This document shows positions 1-13,500 of a stretch of DNA of 64,000 nt, in pieces. Every line of letters begins with the position of its first letter. Positions within the stretch are counted from its first letter, which is position 1. This DNA is from Eledone cirrhosa (taxonomy: Eukaryota). The position numbers were made by a program, and so were the translations under genes. The DNA is taken from positions 372,434,001 to 372,498,000 of the forward strand of contig OZ024743.1 of NCBI GenBank assembly GCA_964016885.1, in the 5' to 3' direction. Below the pieces are notes generated by a model. The model saw only the letters and a list, made by a program, of their open reading frames with translations. It did no database searches and had not been told where the DNA came from.

Positions 1-1512
1 TGTTGCGGTGACTGTTTGAATCCAGTGGATTAAGCTCTGTGAGCTGCTAGCATGTGACAGCATCTCAACCAGGTGAAAAGGGACTCGCAGAATATTACGT
101 TTGAAGAACATATACCAAGAACAACATGTTGCTGTGTGATAAAAAAAATGTGTGCATATGCAGGCATGTAAAACAGCAAAGAATGTGAATGAACAAAAAC
201 CATGAGCAAGCAAATAGCAAAAGAGCACAAAACAAGTAAATGCATTCTACAAAGAAATATGTGAATGTAACAAACTGATAATTCAAAGTCAATCTAGGGG
301 AGCAGAGAAATTGCTCAATAAGTTCAAAGTTTTTCAAAGTCAAATAGTTCACACATCACCAGTGTACAGACACTAGTTCTATCTGAAAACTGAAAAAGAA
401 GTTTGTTAATGCCGTTAGGGGTTAGATGTATGGTGTTTTTGTGAGATTTCGTGGCCATTTTCCCGTCCCGCCACATGGTTGTGTTGCTTATTGTTAAAGC
501 AAAGTCAAAGAATCTTCTGTAGAGTAGGAGTCACCAAATATGGCAGTCACGTCTGACGCCATAATGGTGAGAAAACTACTGTCTCAATTTCTCGCGTCCC
601 TGTGGCAACGAGACAGAAGGTATGGTGGTTGCGTCGGTAAAGTTACAAGCCGTTTTGAAATTTTCGATGTGTGGTGGTTGGCGTCGGTAAGGTTATGAAA
701 CTGCCACTCACTGTTCCCTGTATTGGTCAGTGGTTAAACAACGCTGTCGCTGCTGCTGTCATTGCTGTTGTCAAGCGTAGCCATGACATGTCGGTAGCCA
801 TCTTGAAATTTTTTCGTGGCGAAAAAGTTTTTGAAATACTGCTAATTTTTCAAAAATCTTAAAAGGAATATTCTGGATTTTCGCAAGTTGCGACGTGGCA
901 ATAAAAGTTAAACTGAATGAATAAGAAGGGCTGCGTGATGTTCTTACGTCGGTCACCACTTTAGCAGTATTAATTATAGATGTTATCGCCACTTTAGCAG
1001 GGTGGTAGAATCAGTGGTCGTTAGTTGCCAGTGTGGTAAGTGATAGTATCCTCGTTGGATTATCTTGTTGACATAGACGTGAGGGAAGGTCCCTCGATCT
1101 ATTTACCATCTATTTACAATATTCCTTTCGTCAGGTCGCCAATTCCAGCAGCATGGATTAAAGATGCCATTGAGACACGAGTAACATAATAACGACTTCA
1201 ACCGCAGTAATTAGAGATGAAATGTTTGTTTATTTATATGGTTGAAGTTACAGATAAAAAGAGGTTACAAAAGGGAATGTGCCATTGCGCCGTTAAGCCA
1301 GCGAGGCTAGGGGTGCAATATCTCACTGCTACATTATGCGTGTTGCTGGCTCGAAGTTTCTGGTACAAGAGAGAGATTATTCAAATCTTCGCGGGGAATT
1401 TCTTCCTCAGGGCGCGTAGGGATACATCCTCTTCTACTGGCGCTGATTGGCTGAACTAAGCCAAATCACGCACAGAGAATGTATGTGAGCCCGCGGAATG
1501 TTGGTCACTATA
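1..1512 (-). mobile_element. Internally deleted (non-autonomous) CsRn1-like Gypsy LTR element: pol 3' tail, 5' UTR, PBS and probable 5' LTR; runs off the left edge
   Basis: ~290-480 is homologous to the pol end/3' UTR of the element at 40400-40560 (WPRNLTKTPYI* vs WPRKLSKTIIV*; shared aactatttgactttgaaaaa). A tRNA-Trp-like PBS gtcggtcacca at 948-958 is followed by c+tttag, as at 50131-50141. Putative LTR ~992-1512 ends cactata (minus-strand TATAGTG, resembling TGTAG). Confidence 0.7.
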
Positions 1513-4500
1513 CTACCTTCTCTAATAAGTGTCATAAACATGTACCATGCATGCTACCGTCTCTAGTTAGTGTTACAAACATGTACCATGTCTGCTGCCT
1601 TCTCTAGTAAGTATCGTAAACATGTACCATGTATGCTACCTTCTCTAGTAAGTGTTATAAACATGTACCATGTCTGCTACCTTCTCTAGTAAGTGTTATA
1701 AACATGTACCATGTATGCTACCTTCTCTAGTAAGTGTTATTAACATGTACCATGTATCCTACCTTCTCTAGTAAGTGTTATAAACATGTACCATGCATGC
1801 AACCTTCTCCAGTAAGTATCATAAACATGTACCATGTGTGCTACCTTCTCTTGTAAGTGTTATAAACATGTGCCATGTATGCTACCTTCTCTAGTAAGTA
1901 TCATAAACATGTACCATGCATGCTACCTTCTCTAGTAAGTGTTATAAACATGTACCATGTATGCCACCTTCTCTAGTAAGTATCATAAACATGTACCATG
2001 CATGCTACCTTCTCAAGTAAGTGTTATAAACAAGTAACTTTTATAAACATGTACCATGTGTGCTACCTTCTCTAGAAAGTGATATAAACATGTACCATGA
2101 ATGCTGCCTTCTCCAGTAAGTGTTATAAACATGTACCATTTCTGCTATCTTCTCAAGTAAGTTTTATAAACATATACCATGCATGCTACCTTCTCTAGTA
2201 AGTGTTATAAACATGTACCATGTGTGCTACCTTCTCTAGTAAGTGTTATAAACATGTACCATGTATGCTACTTTCACTAGTAAATGTTATTAACATGTAC
2301 CATGTATCCTACCTTCTCTAGTAAGTGTTATAAACATGTACCATTCATGCTACCTTCTCTAGTAAGTGTTATAAACATGTACCATGTATGCTACCTTCTC
2401 TAGTAAGTATCATAAACATGTACCATGCATGCTACCTTCTCTAGTAAGTGTTATTAACATGTACCATGTATCCTACCTTCTTTAGTAAGTATCATAAACA
2501 TGTACCATGCATGCTACCTTCTCTAGTAAGTATCATAAACATGTACCATGCATGCTACCTTCTCTAGTAAGTGTCATAAACATGTACCATGTATGCTACC
2601 TTCTCTAGTAAGTATCATAAACATGTACCATGCATGCTACCGTCTCTAGTTAGTGTTACAAACATGTACCATGTCTGCTGCCTTCTCTAGTAAGTATCGT
2701 AAACATGTACCATGTATGCTACCTTCTCTAGTAAGTGTTATAAACATGTACCATGTCTGCTACCTTCTCAAGTAAGTTTTATAAACATGTACCATGTGTC
2801 CTTCCTTCTCTAGTAAGTGTTATAAACATGTACCATGTATGCTACCTTATCTAGTAAGTATCATAAACATGTACCATGTAAGCTACCTTCTCTAGTAAGT
2901 GTTATAAACATGTACCATGCATGCTACCTTCTCTAGTAAGTGTCATAAACATGTACCATGTCTGCTCCCTTCTCTAGTAAGTATCATAAACATGTACCAT
3001 GCATGCTACCTTCTCTAGTAAGTGTCATAAACATGTACCATGTATGCTACCTTCTCTAGTAAGTATCATAAACATGTACCATGTATCCTACCTTCTCTAG
3101 TAAATGTTATAAACATGTACCATGTCTGCTACCTTCTCTAGTATTATAAACATGTACCATGCATGCTACCTTCTTCAGTAAGTGTTATAAACATGTACCA
3201 TGTGTGCTACATTCTCTAGTAAGTGTTATAAACATGTACCATGCATGCTACCTTCTTTAAAGTGTCATAAACATGTACCATGTCTGCTACCTTCTCTAGT
3301 AAGTATCATAAACATGTACCATGCATGTTACCTTCTCTAGTAAGTGTGATAAACATGTACTATGCATGCTACCTTCTCTAGTAAGTATCATAAACATGTA
3401 CCATGCATGCTACCCTGTCTAGTAAGTGTTATAAACATGTACCATGCGTGCTACCTTCTCTAGTAAGTGTTATAAACATGTACCATGTATGCTATCTTCT
3501 CTAGTAAGTGTTATAAACAAGTAACTTTTATAAACATGTATCATGTGTCCTACCTTCTCTAGTCAGTGATATAAACATGTACCATGTATGCTACCTTCTC
3601 TAGTAAGTGTTATAAACATGTACCATGCAAGCTACCTTCTCTAGTAAGTGTTATAAACATGTACCATGTATGCTACCTTCTCTAATAAGTGTCATAAACA
3701 TGTACCATGTATGCTACCTTCTCTAATAAGTGTCATAAACATGTACCATGTCTTCTACCTTCTCTAGTAAGTATCATAAACATGTACCATGCATGCTACC
3801 TTCTCTAGTTAGTGTTTCAAATATGTACCATGTATACTACCTTCACTAGTAAGTATCATAAACATGTACCATGTATCCTACCTTCTCTAGTAAGTATCAT
3901 AAACATGTACCATGTATCCTACCTTCTCTCGTAAGTATCATAAACATGTACCATGCATGCTACCTTCTCTAGTAGGTGTTATAAACATGTACCATGCATG
4001 CTACCTTCTCTAATAAGTGTCATAAACATGTACCATGTATACTACCTTCTCTAGTAAGTATCATAAACATGTACCATGCATGCTACCTTCTCTAGTAAGT
4101 GTCATAAACATGTACCATGTATGCTACCTTCTCTATTAAGTATCATAAACATGTACCATGTATTCTACCTTCTCTAGTAAATGTTATAAACATGTACCAT
4201 GTCTGCTACCTTCTCTAGTATTATAAACATGTACCATGCATGCTACCTTCTTCAGTAAGTGTTATAAACATGTACCATGTGTGCTACATTCTCTAGTAAG
4301 TGTTATAAACATGTACCATGCATGCTACCTTGTTTAAAGTGTCATAAACATGTACCATGTCTGCTACCTTCTCTAGTAAGTATCATAAACATGTACCATG
4401 TATGCTACCTTCTCTAGTAAGTGTGATAAACATGTACCATGCATGCTACATTCTTTAAAGTGTCATAAACATGTACTATGCATGCTACCTTCTCTAGTAA

Positions 4501-7500
4501 GTATCATAAACATGTACCATGCATGCTACCGTCTCTAGTAAGTGTTATAAACATGTACCATGTATGCTACCTTCTCTAGTAAGTATCATAAACATGTACC
4601 ATGTATGCTACCTTCTCTAGTAAGTGTGATAAACATGTACCATGCATGCTACCTTCTGTAAAGTGTCATAAACATGTACTATGCATGCTACCTTCTCTAG
4701 TAAGTATCATAAACATGTACCATGTATGCTACCTTCTCTAGTAAGTATCATAAACATGTACCATGTGTGCTACCTTCTCTAGTAAGTGTTATAAATATGT
4801 ACCATGCGTGCTACCTTCTCTAGTAAGTGTTATAAACAAGTAACTTTTATAAACATGTACCATGTGTCCTACTTTCTCTAGTCAGTGATATAAACATGTA
4901 CCATGCATGCTACCTTCTCTAGTAAGTATCATAAACATGTACCATGTATGCTACCTTCTCCAGTAAGTGTTATAAACATGTACCATGCATGCTACCTTCT
5001 CTAGTAAGTTTTATAAACATGTACCATGTGTCCTACATTCTCTAGTAAGTGTTATAAACATGTACCATGTATGCTACCTTATCTAGTAAGTATCATAAAC
5101 ATGTACCATGTATGCTACCTTCTCTAGTAAGTGTTATAAACATGTACCATGTCTGCTACCTGCTCTAGTAAGTATCATAAACATGTACCATGTATGCTAC
5201 CTTCTCTAGTACGTGTTATTAACATGTACCATGTGTGCTACATTCTCTAGTAAGTGTTATAAACATGTACCATGCATGCAACCTTCTCTAGTAAGTGTTA
5301 TACATATGTACCATGTATGCTACCTTCTCTAGTAAGTGTTATAAACATGTACCATGCGTGCTACCTTCTCTAGTAAGTGTTATAAACATGTACCATGTAT
5401 GCTACCTTCTCTAGTAAGTGTTATACATATGTACCATGTATGCTACCTTCTCTAGTAAGTGTTATAAACATGTACCATGCATGCTACCTTCTCGAGTAAG
5501 TGTTATAAACATGTACTATGCATGTTACCTTCTCTAGTAAGTATCACAAATATGTACCTTGTATGCTACCTTCTCTATTAAGTATCATAAACATGTACCA
5601 TGTCTGCTACCTTCTCTAGTAAGTGTTATAAACATGTACCATGTATGCTACCTTCTCTAGTAAGTGTTATAAACATGTACCATGTATGCTACTTTCTCCG
5701 GTAAGTGTCATAAACATGTACCATGTCTGCTACCTACTCTAGTAAGTGTTATAAACAAGTAACTTTTATAAACATGTACCATGTGTCCTACCTTCTCTAG
5801 TAAGTGTTATAAACATGTACCATGTCTGCTACCTTCTCTAGTAAGTATCATAAACATGTACCATGTATGCTACTTTCTCCGGTAAGTGTCATAAACATGT
5901 ACCATGTCTGCTACCTACTCTAGTAAGTGTTATAAACAAGTAACTTTTATAAACATGTACCATGTGTCCTACCTTCTCTACTAAGTATTATAAACATGTA
6001 CCATGTATGCTACCTTCTCCGATAAGTGTCATAAACACGTACCATGCATGCTACCTTCTCCAGTAAGTGTTATAAACATGTACCATGTATGCTACCTTCT
6101 CCGGTAAGTGTTATAAACATGTACCATGTCTGCTACCTTCTCTAGTTAATGTTTCAAATATGTATCATGTATACCACCTTCTCTAGTAGGTATCATAATC
6201 ATGTACCATGTATCCTACCTTCTCTAGTAAATATCATAAACATGTACCATGTATCCTACCTTCTCTAGTTAGTGTTACAAATATGTACCATGTCTGCTAC
6301 CTTCTCTAGTAAGTATCATAAACATGTACCATGCAAGCTACCTTCTCTAGTAGGTGTTATAAACATGTACCATGTATGCTACCTTCTCTAATAAGTGTCA
6401 TAAACATGTACCATGCATGCTACCCTCTCTAGTTAGTGTTTCAAATATGTACCATGTATACTACCTTCTCTAGTAAGTATCATAAACATGTACCATGCAT
6501 GCTACCTTCTCTAGTAAGTGTCATAAACATGTACCATGTATGCTACCTTCTCTAGTAAGTATCATAAACATGTACCATGTATCCTACATTCTCTAGTAAA
6601 TGTTATAAACATGTACCATGTCTGCTACCTTCTCTAGTATTATAAACATGTACCATGCATGCTACCTTCTTCAGTAAGTGTTATAAACATTAACCATGTT
6701 GTGCTACATTCTCTAGTAAGTGTTATAAACATGTACCATGCATGCTACCTTCTTTAAAGTGTCATAAACATGTACCATGTCTGCTACCTTCTCTAGTAAG
6801 TATCATAAATATGTACCATGTATGTTACCTTCTCTAGTAAGTGTGATAAACATGTACTATGCATGCTACCTTCTCTAGTAAGTATCATAAACATGTACCA
6901 TGCATGCTACCGTCTCTAGTAAGTGTTATAAACATGTACCATGCGTGCTACCTTCTCTAGTAAGTGTTATAAACATGTACCATGCTTGCTACCTTCTTGA
7001 GTAAGTGTTATAAACATGTACTATGCATGTTAACTTCTCTAGTAAGTATCACAAATATGTACCTTGTATGCTACCTTCTCTATTAAGTATCATAAACATG
7101 TACCATGTCTGCTGCCTTCTCTAGTAAGTGTTATAAACATGTACCATGTATGCTACCTTCTCTAGTAAGTGTTATAAACAAGTAACTTTTATAAACATGT
7201 ACCATGTGTCCTACCTTCTCTAGTAAGTGTTATAAACATGTACCATGCATGCTACCTTCTCTAGTAAGTATCATAAACATGTACCATGTATGCTACCTTC
7301 TCTAGTAAGTATCATAAACATGTACCATATGTGCTACCTTCTCTAGTAAGTGTCATAAACATGTACCATATGTGCTACCTTCTCTAGTAAGTGTCATAAA
7401 CATGTACCATGTATGCTACCTTCTCTATTAAGTATCATAAACATGTACCATGTATTCTACCTTCTCTAGTAAATGTTATAAACATGTACCATGTCTGCTA

Positions 7501-10500
7501 CCTTCTCTAGTATTATAAACATGTACCATGCATGCTACCTTCTTCAGTAAGTGTTATAAACATGTACCATGTGTGCTACATTCTCTAGTAAGTGTTATAA
7601 ACATGTACCATGCATGCTACCTTGTTTAAAGTGTCATAAACATGTACCATGTCTGCTACCTTCTCTAGTAAGTATCATAAACATGTACCATGTATGCTAC
7701 CTTCTCTAGTAAGTGTGATAAACATGTACCATGCATGCTACATTCTTTAAAGTGTCATAAACATGTACTATGCATGCTACCTTCTCTAGTAAGTATCATA
7801 AACATGTACCATGCATGCTACCGTCTCTAGTAAGTGTTATAAACATGTACCATGTATGCTACCTTCTCTAGTAAGTATCATAAACATGTACCATGTATGC
7901 TACCTTCTCTAGTAAGTGTGATAAACATGTACCATGCATGCTACCTTCTGTAAAGTGTCATAAACATGTACTATGCATGCTACCTTCTCTAGTAAGTATC
8001 ATAAACATGTACCATGTATGCTACCTTCTCTAGTAAGTATCATAAACATGTACCATGTGTGCTACCTTCTCTAGTAAGTGTTATAAATATGTACCATGCG
8101 TGCTACCTTCTCTAGTAAGTGTTATAAACAAGTAACTTTTATAAACATGTACCATGTGTCCTACTTTCTCTAGTCAGTGATATAAACATGTACCATGCAT
8201 GCTACCTTCTCTAGTAAGTATCATAAACATGTACCATGTATGCTACCTTCTCCAGTAAGTGTTATAAACATGTACCATGCATGCTACCTTCTCTAGTAAG
8301 TTTTATAAACATGTACCATGTGTCCTACATTCTCTAGTAAGTGTTATAAACATGTACCATGTATGCTACCTTATCTAGTAAGTATCATAAACATGTACCA
8401 TGTATGCTACCTTCTCTAGTAAGTGTTATAAACATGTACCATGTCTGCTACCTGCTCTAGTAAGTATCATAAACATGTACCATGTATGCTACCTTCTCTA
8501 GTACGTGTTATTAACATGTACCATGTGTGCTACATTCTCTAGTAAGTGTTATAAACATGTACCATGCATGCAACCTTCTCTAGTAAGTGTTATACATATG
8601 TACCATGTATGCTACCTTCTCTAGTAAGTGTTATAAACATGTACCATGCATGCTACCTTCTCGAGTAAGTGTTATAAACATGTACTATGCATGTTACCTT
8701 CTCTAGTAAGTATCACAAATATGTACCTTGTATGCTACCTTCTCTATTAAGTATCATAAACATGTACCATGTCTGCTACCTTCTCTAGTAAGTATCATAA
8801 ACATGTACCATTTGTGCTACATTCTCTAGTAAGTGTTATAAACATGTACCATGCATGCTACCTTCTTTTAAGTGTCATAAACATGTACCATGTATGCTAC
8901 CTTCTCTAGTAAGTGTTATAAACATGTACCATGCGTGCTACCTTCTCTAGTAAGTGTTATAAACATGTACCATGTATGCTACCTTCTCTAGTAAGTGTTA
9001 TACATATGTACCATGTATGCTACCTTCTCTAGTAAGTGTTATAAACATGTACCATGCATGCTACCTTCTCGAGTAAGTGTTATAAACATGTACTATGCAT
9101 GTTACCTTCTCTAGTAAGTATCACAAATATGTACCTTGTATGCTACCTTCTCTATTAAGTATCATAAACATGTACCATGTCTGCTACCTTCTCTAGTAAG
9201 TGTTATAAACATGTACCATGTATGCTACCTTCTCTAGTAAGTGTTATAAACATGTACCATGTATGCTACTTTCTCCGGTAAGTGTCATAAACATGTACCA
9301 TGTCTGCTACCTACTCTAGTAAGTGTTATAAACAAGTAACTTTTATAAACATGTACCATGTGTCCTACCTTCTCTAGTAAGTGTTATAAACATGTACCAT
9401 GTCTGCTACCTTCTCTAGTAAGTATCATAAACATGTACCATGTATGCTACTTTCTCCGGTAAGTGTCATAAACATGTACCATGTCTGCTACCTACTCTAG
9501 TAAGTGTTATAAACAAGTAACTTTTATAAACATGTACCATGTGTCCTACCTTCTCTACTAAGTATTATAAACATGTACCATGTATGCTACCTTCTCCGAT
9601 AAGTGTCATAAACACGTACCATGCATGCTACCTTCTCCAGTAAGTGTTATAAACATGTACCATGTATGCTACCTTCTCCGGTAAGTGTTATAAACATGTA
9701 CCATGTCTGCTACCTTCTCTAGTTAATGTTTCAAATATGTATCATGTATACTACCTTCTCTAGTAGGTATCATAATCATGTACCATGTATCCTACCTTCT
9801 CTAGTAAGTATCATAAACATGTACCATGTATCCTACCTTCTCTAGTTAGTGTTACAAATATGTACCATGTCTGCTACCTTCTCTAGTAAGTATCATAAAC
9901 ATGTACCATGCAAGCTACCTTCTCTAGTAGGTGTTATAAACATGTACCATGTATGCTACCTTCTCTAATAAGTGTCATAAACATGTACCATGCATGCTAC
10001 CCTCTCTAGTTAGTGTTTCAAATATGTACCATGTATACTACCTTCTCTAGTAAGTATCATAAACATGTACCATGCATGCTACCTTCTCTAGTAAGTGTCA
10101 TAAACATGTACCATGTATGCTACCTTCTCTAGTAAGTATCATAAACATGTACCATGTATCCTACATTCTCTAGTAAATGTTATAAACATGTACCATGTCT
10201 GCTACCTTCTCCTAGTATTATAAACATGTACCATGCATGCTACCTTCTTCAGTAAGTGTTATAAACATTAACCATGTGTGCTACATTCTCTAGTAAGTGT
10301 TATAAACATGTACCATGCATGCTACCTTCTTTAAAGTGTCATAAACATGTACCATGTCTGCTACCTTCTCTAGTAAGTATCATGAATATGTACCATGTAT
10401 GTTACCTTCTCTAGTAAGTGTGATAAACATGTACTATGCATGCTACCTTCTCTAGTAAGTATCATAAACATGTACCATGCATGCTACCGTCTCTAGTAAG

Positions 10501-13500
10501 TGTTATAAACATATACCATGCGTGCTACCTTCTCTAGTAAGTGTTATAAACATGTACCATGCTTGCTACCTTCTCGAGTAAGTGTTATAAACATGTACTA
10601 TGCATGTTAACTTCTCTAGTAAGTATCACAAATATGTACCTTGTATGCTACCTTCTCTATTAAGTATCATAAACATGTACCATGTCTGCTGCCTTCTCTA
10701 GTAAGTGTTATAAACATGTACCATGTATGCTACCTTCTCTAGTAAGTGTTATAAACAAGTAACTTTTATAAACATGTACCATGTGTCCTACCTTCTCTAG
10801 TAAGTGTTATAAACATGTACCATGCATGCTACCTTCTCTAGTAAGTATCATAAACATGTACCATGTATGCTACCTTCTCCGATAAGTGTCATAAACACGT
10901 ACCATGTCTGCTACCTTCTCAAGTAAGTGTTATAAACATGTACCATGTATCCATCTTTCTCTAGTGTTATAAACATGTACCATGCATGCTACCTTCTCCA
11001 GTAAGTGTTATAAACATGTACCATGTATGCTACCTTCTCCGGTAAGTGTTATAAACATGTACCATGTCTGCTACCTTCTCTAGTTAGTGTTTCAAATATG
11101 TACCATGTATACTACCTTCTCTAGTAAGTATCATAAACATGTACCATGTATCCTACCTTCTCTAGTAAGTATCATAAACATGTACCATGTATCCTACCTT
11201 CTCTAGTTAGTGTTACAAATATGTACCATGTCTGCTACCTTCTCTAGTAAGTGTTATAAACAAGTAACTTTTATAAACATGTACCATGTGTCCTACCTTC
11301 TCTAGTAAGTGTTATAAACATGTACCATGCATGCTACCTTCTCTAGTAAGTATCATAAACATGTACCATGCATGCTACCTTCTCTAGTAAGTATCATAAA
11401 CATGTACCATGTCTGCTACCTTCTCTAGTAAGTATCATAAACATGTACCATATGTGCTACCTTCTCTAGTAAGTGTTATAAACATGTACCATATGTGCTA
11501 CCTTCTCTAGTAAGTGTTATAAACAAGTAACTTTTATAAACATGTACCATGTGTCCTACTTTCTCTAGTCAGTGATATAAACATGTACCATGCATGCTAC
11601 CTTCTCTAGTAAGTATCATAAACATGTACCATGTATGCTACCTTCTCCAGTAAGTGTTATAAACATGTGCCATGCATGCTACCTTCTCTAGTAAGTTTTA
11701 TAAACATGTACCATGTGTCCTACATTCTCTAGTAAGTGTTATATACATGTACCATGTATGCTACCTTATCTAGTAAGTATCATAAACATGTACCATGTAT
11801 GCTACCTTCTCTAGTAAGTGTTATAAACATGTACCATGTCTGCTACCTTCTCTAGTAAGTATCATAAACATGTACCATGTGTGCTACATTCTCTAGTAAG
11901 TGTTATAAACATGTACCATGTCTGCTACCTTCTCTAGTAAGTGTTATAAACATGTACCATGCATGCTACCTTCTCTAGTAAGTGTTATTAACATGTACCA
12001 CGTGTGCTACATTCTCTAGTAAGTGTTATAAACATGTACCATGCATGTTACCTTCTCTAGTAAGTGTTATAAACATGTACCATGCATGCTACCTTCTCTA
12101 GTACGTGTTATTAACATGTACCATGTGTGCTACATTCTCTAGTAAGTGTTATATACATGTACCATGCATGCAACCTTCTCCAGTAAGTATCATAAACATG
12201 TACCATGTGTGCTACATTCTCTAGTAAGTGTTATAAACATGTACCAAGCATGCTACCTTCTTTTAAGTGTCATAAACATGTACCATGTATGCTACCTTCT
12301 CTAGTAAGTGTTATAAACATGTACCATGCGTGCTACCTTCTCTAGTTAGTGTTATAAACATGTACCATGTATGCTACCTCCTCTAGTAAGTGTTATACAT
12401 ATGTACCATGCATACTACCTTCTTTTAAGTGTCATAAACATGTACCATGTATGCTACCTTCTCTAGTAAGTGTTATAAACATGTACTATGCTTGCTACCT
12501 TCTCTAGTAAGTGTTATAAACATGTACCATGTATGCTACCTTCTCTAGTAAGTGTTATAAACATGTACCATGCTTGCTACCTTCTCTAGTAAGTGTTATA
12601 AACATGTACCATGTATGCTACCTTCTCTAGTAAGTCTTATAAACATGTACTATGCATGCTACCTTCTCTAGTAAGTGTTATAAACATGTACTATGCATGC
12701 TACCTTCTCTAGTAAGTGTTATATACATGTACCATGTATGCTACCGTCTCTAGTAAGTGTTATAAACATGTACCATGCATGCTAGCTTCTCGAGTAAGTG
12801 TTATAAACATGTACTATGCATGCTACCTTCTCTAGTAAGTATCACAACTATGTACCTTGTAAGGTACCTTCTCTATTAAGTATCATAAACATGTACCATG
12901 TCTGCTACCTTCTCTAGTAAGTGTTATAAACATGTACCATGTCTGCTACCTTCTCTAGTAAGTGTTATAAACAAGTAACTTTTATAAACATGTACCATGT
13001 GTCCTACCTTCTCTAGTAAGTGTTATAAACATGTACCATGTCTGCTACCTTCTCTAGTAAGTGTTATAAACAAGTAACTTTTATAAACATGTACCATGTG
13101 TCCTATCTTCTCTAGTAAGTGTTATAAACATGTACCATGCATGCTACCTTCTCTAGTAAGTATCATAAACATGTACCATGTATGCTACCTTCTCCGATAA
13201 GTGTCATAAACATGTACCATGTCTGCTACCTTCTCAAGTAAGTGTTATAAACATGTACCATGTATGCTACCTTTTCCGGTAAGTGTTATAAACATGTACC
13301 ATGTATGCTACCTTTTCCGGTAAGTGTTATAAACATGTACCATGTCTGCTACCTTCTCAAGTAAGTGTTATAAACATGTACCATGTATCCTACCTTCTCT
13401 AGTATTATAAATATGTACCATGCATGCTACCTTCGCTAGTAAGTGTTATAAACATGTACCATGTATGCTACCTTCTCTAGTAAGTATCATAAACATGTAC

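Noticed and set aside
1615-1640. p53-family response elements in the satellite (AAACATGTAC)
   Set aside because: Half-sites are imperfect and the CATG cores are 3 bp apart rather than the 6 bp needed.
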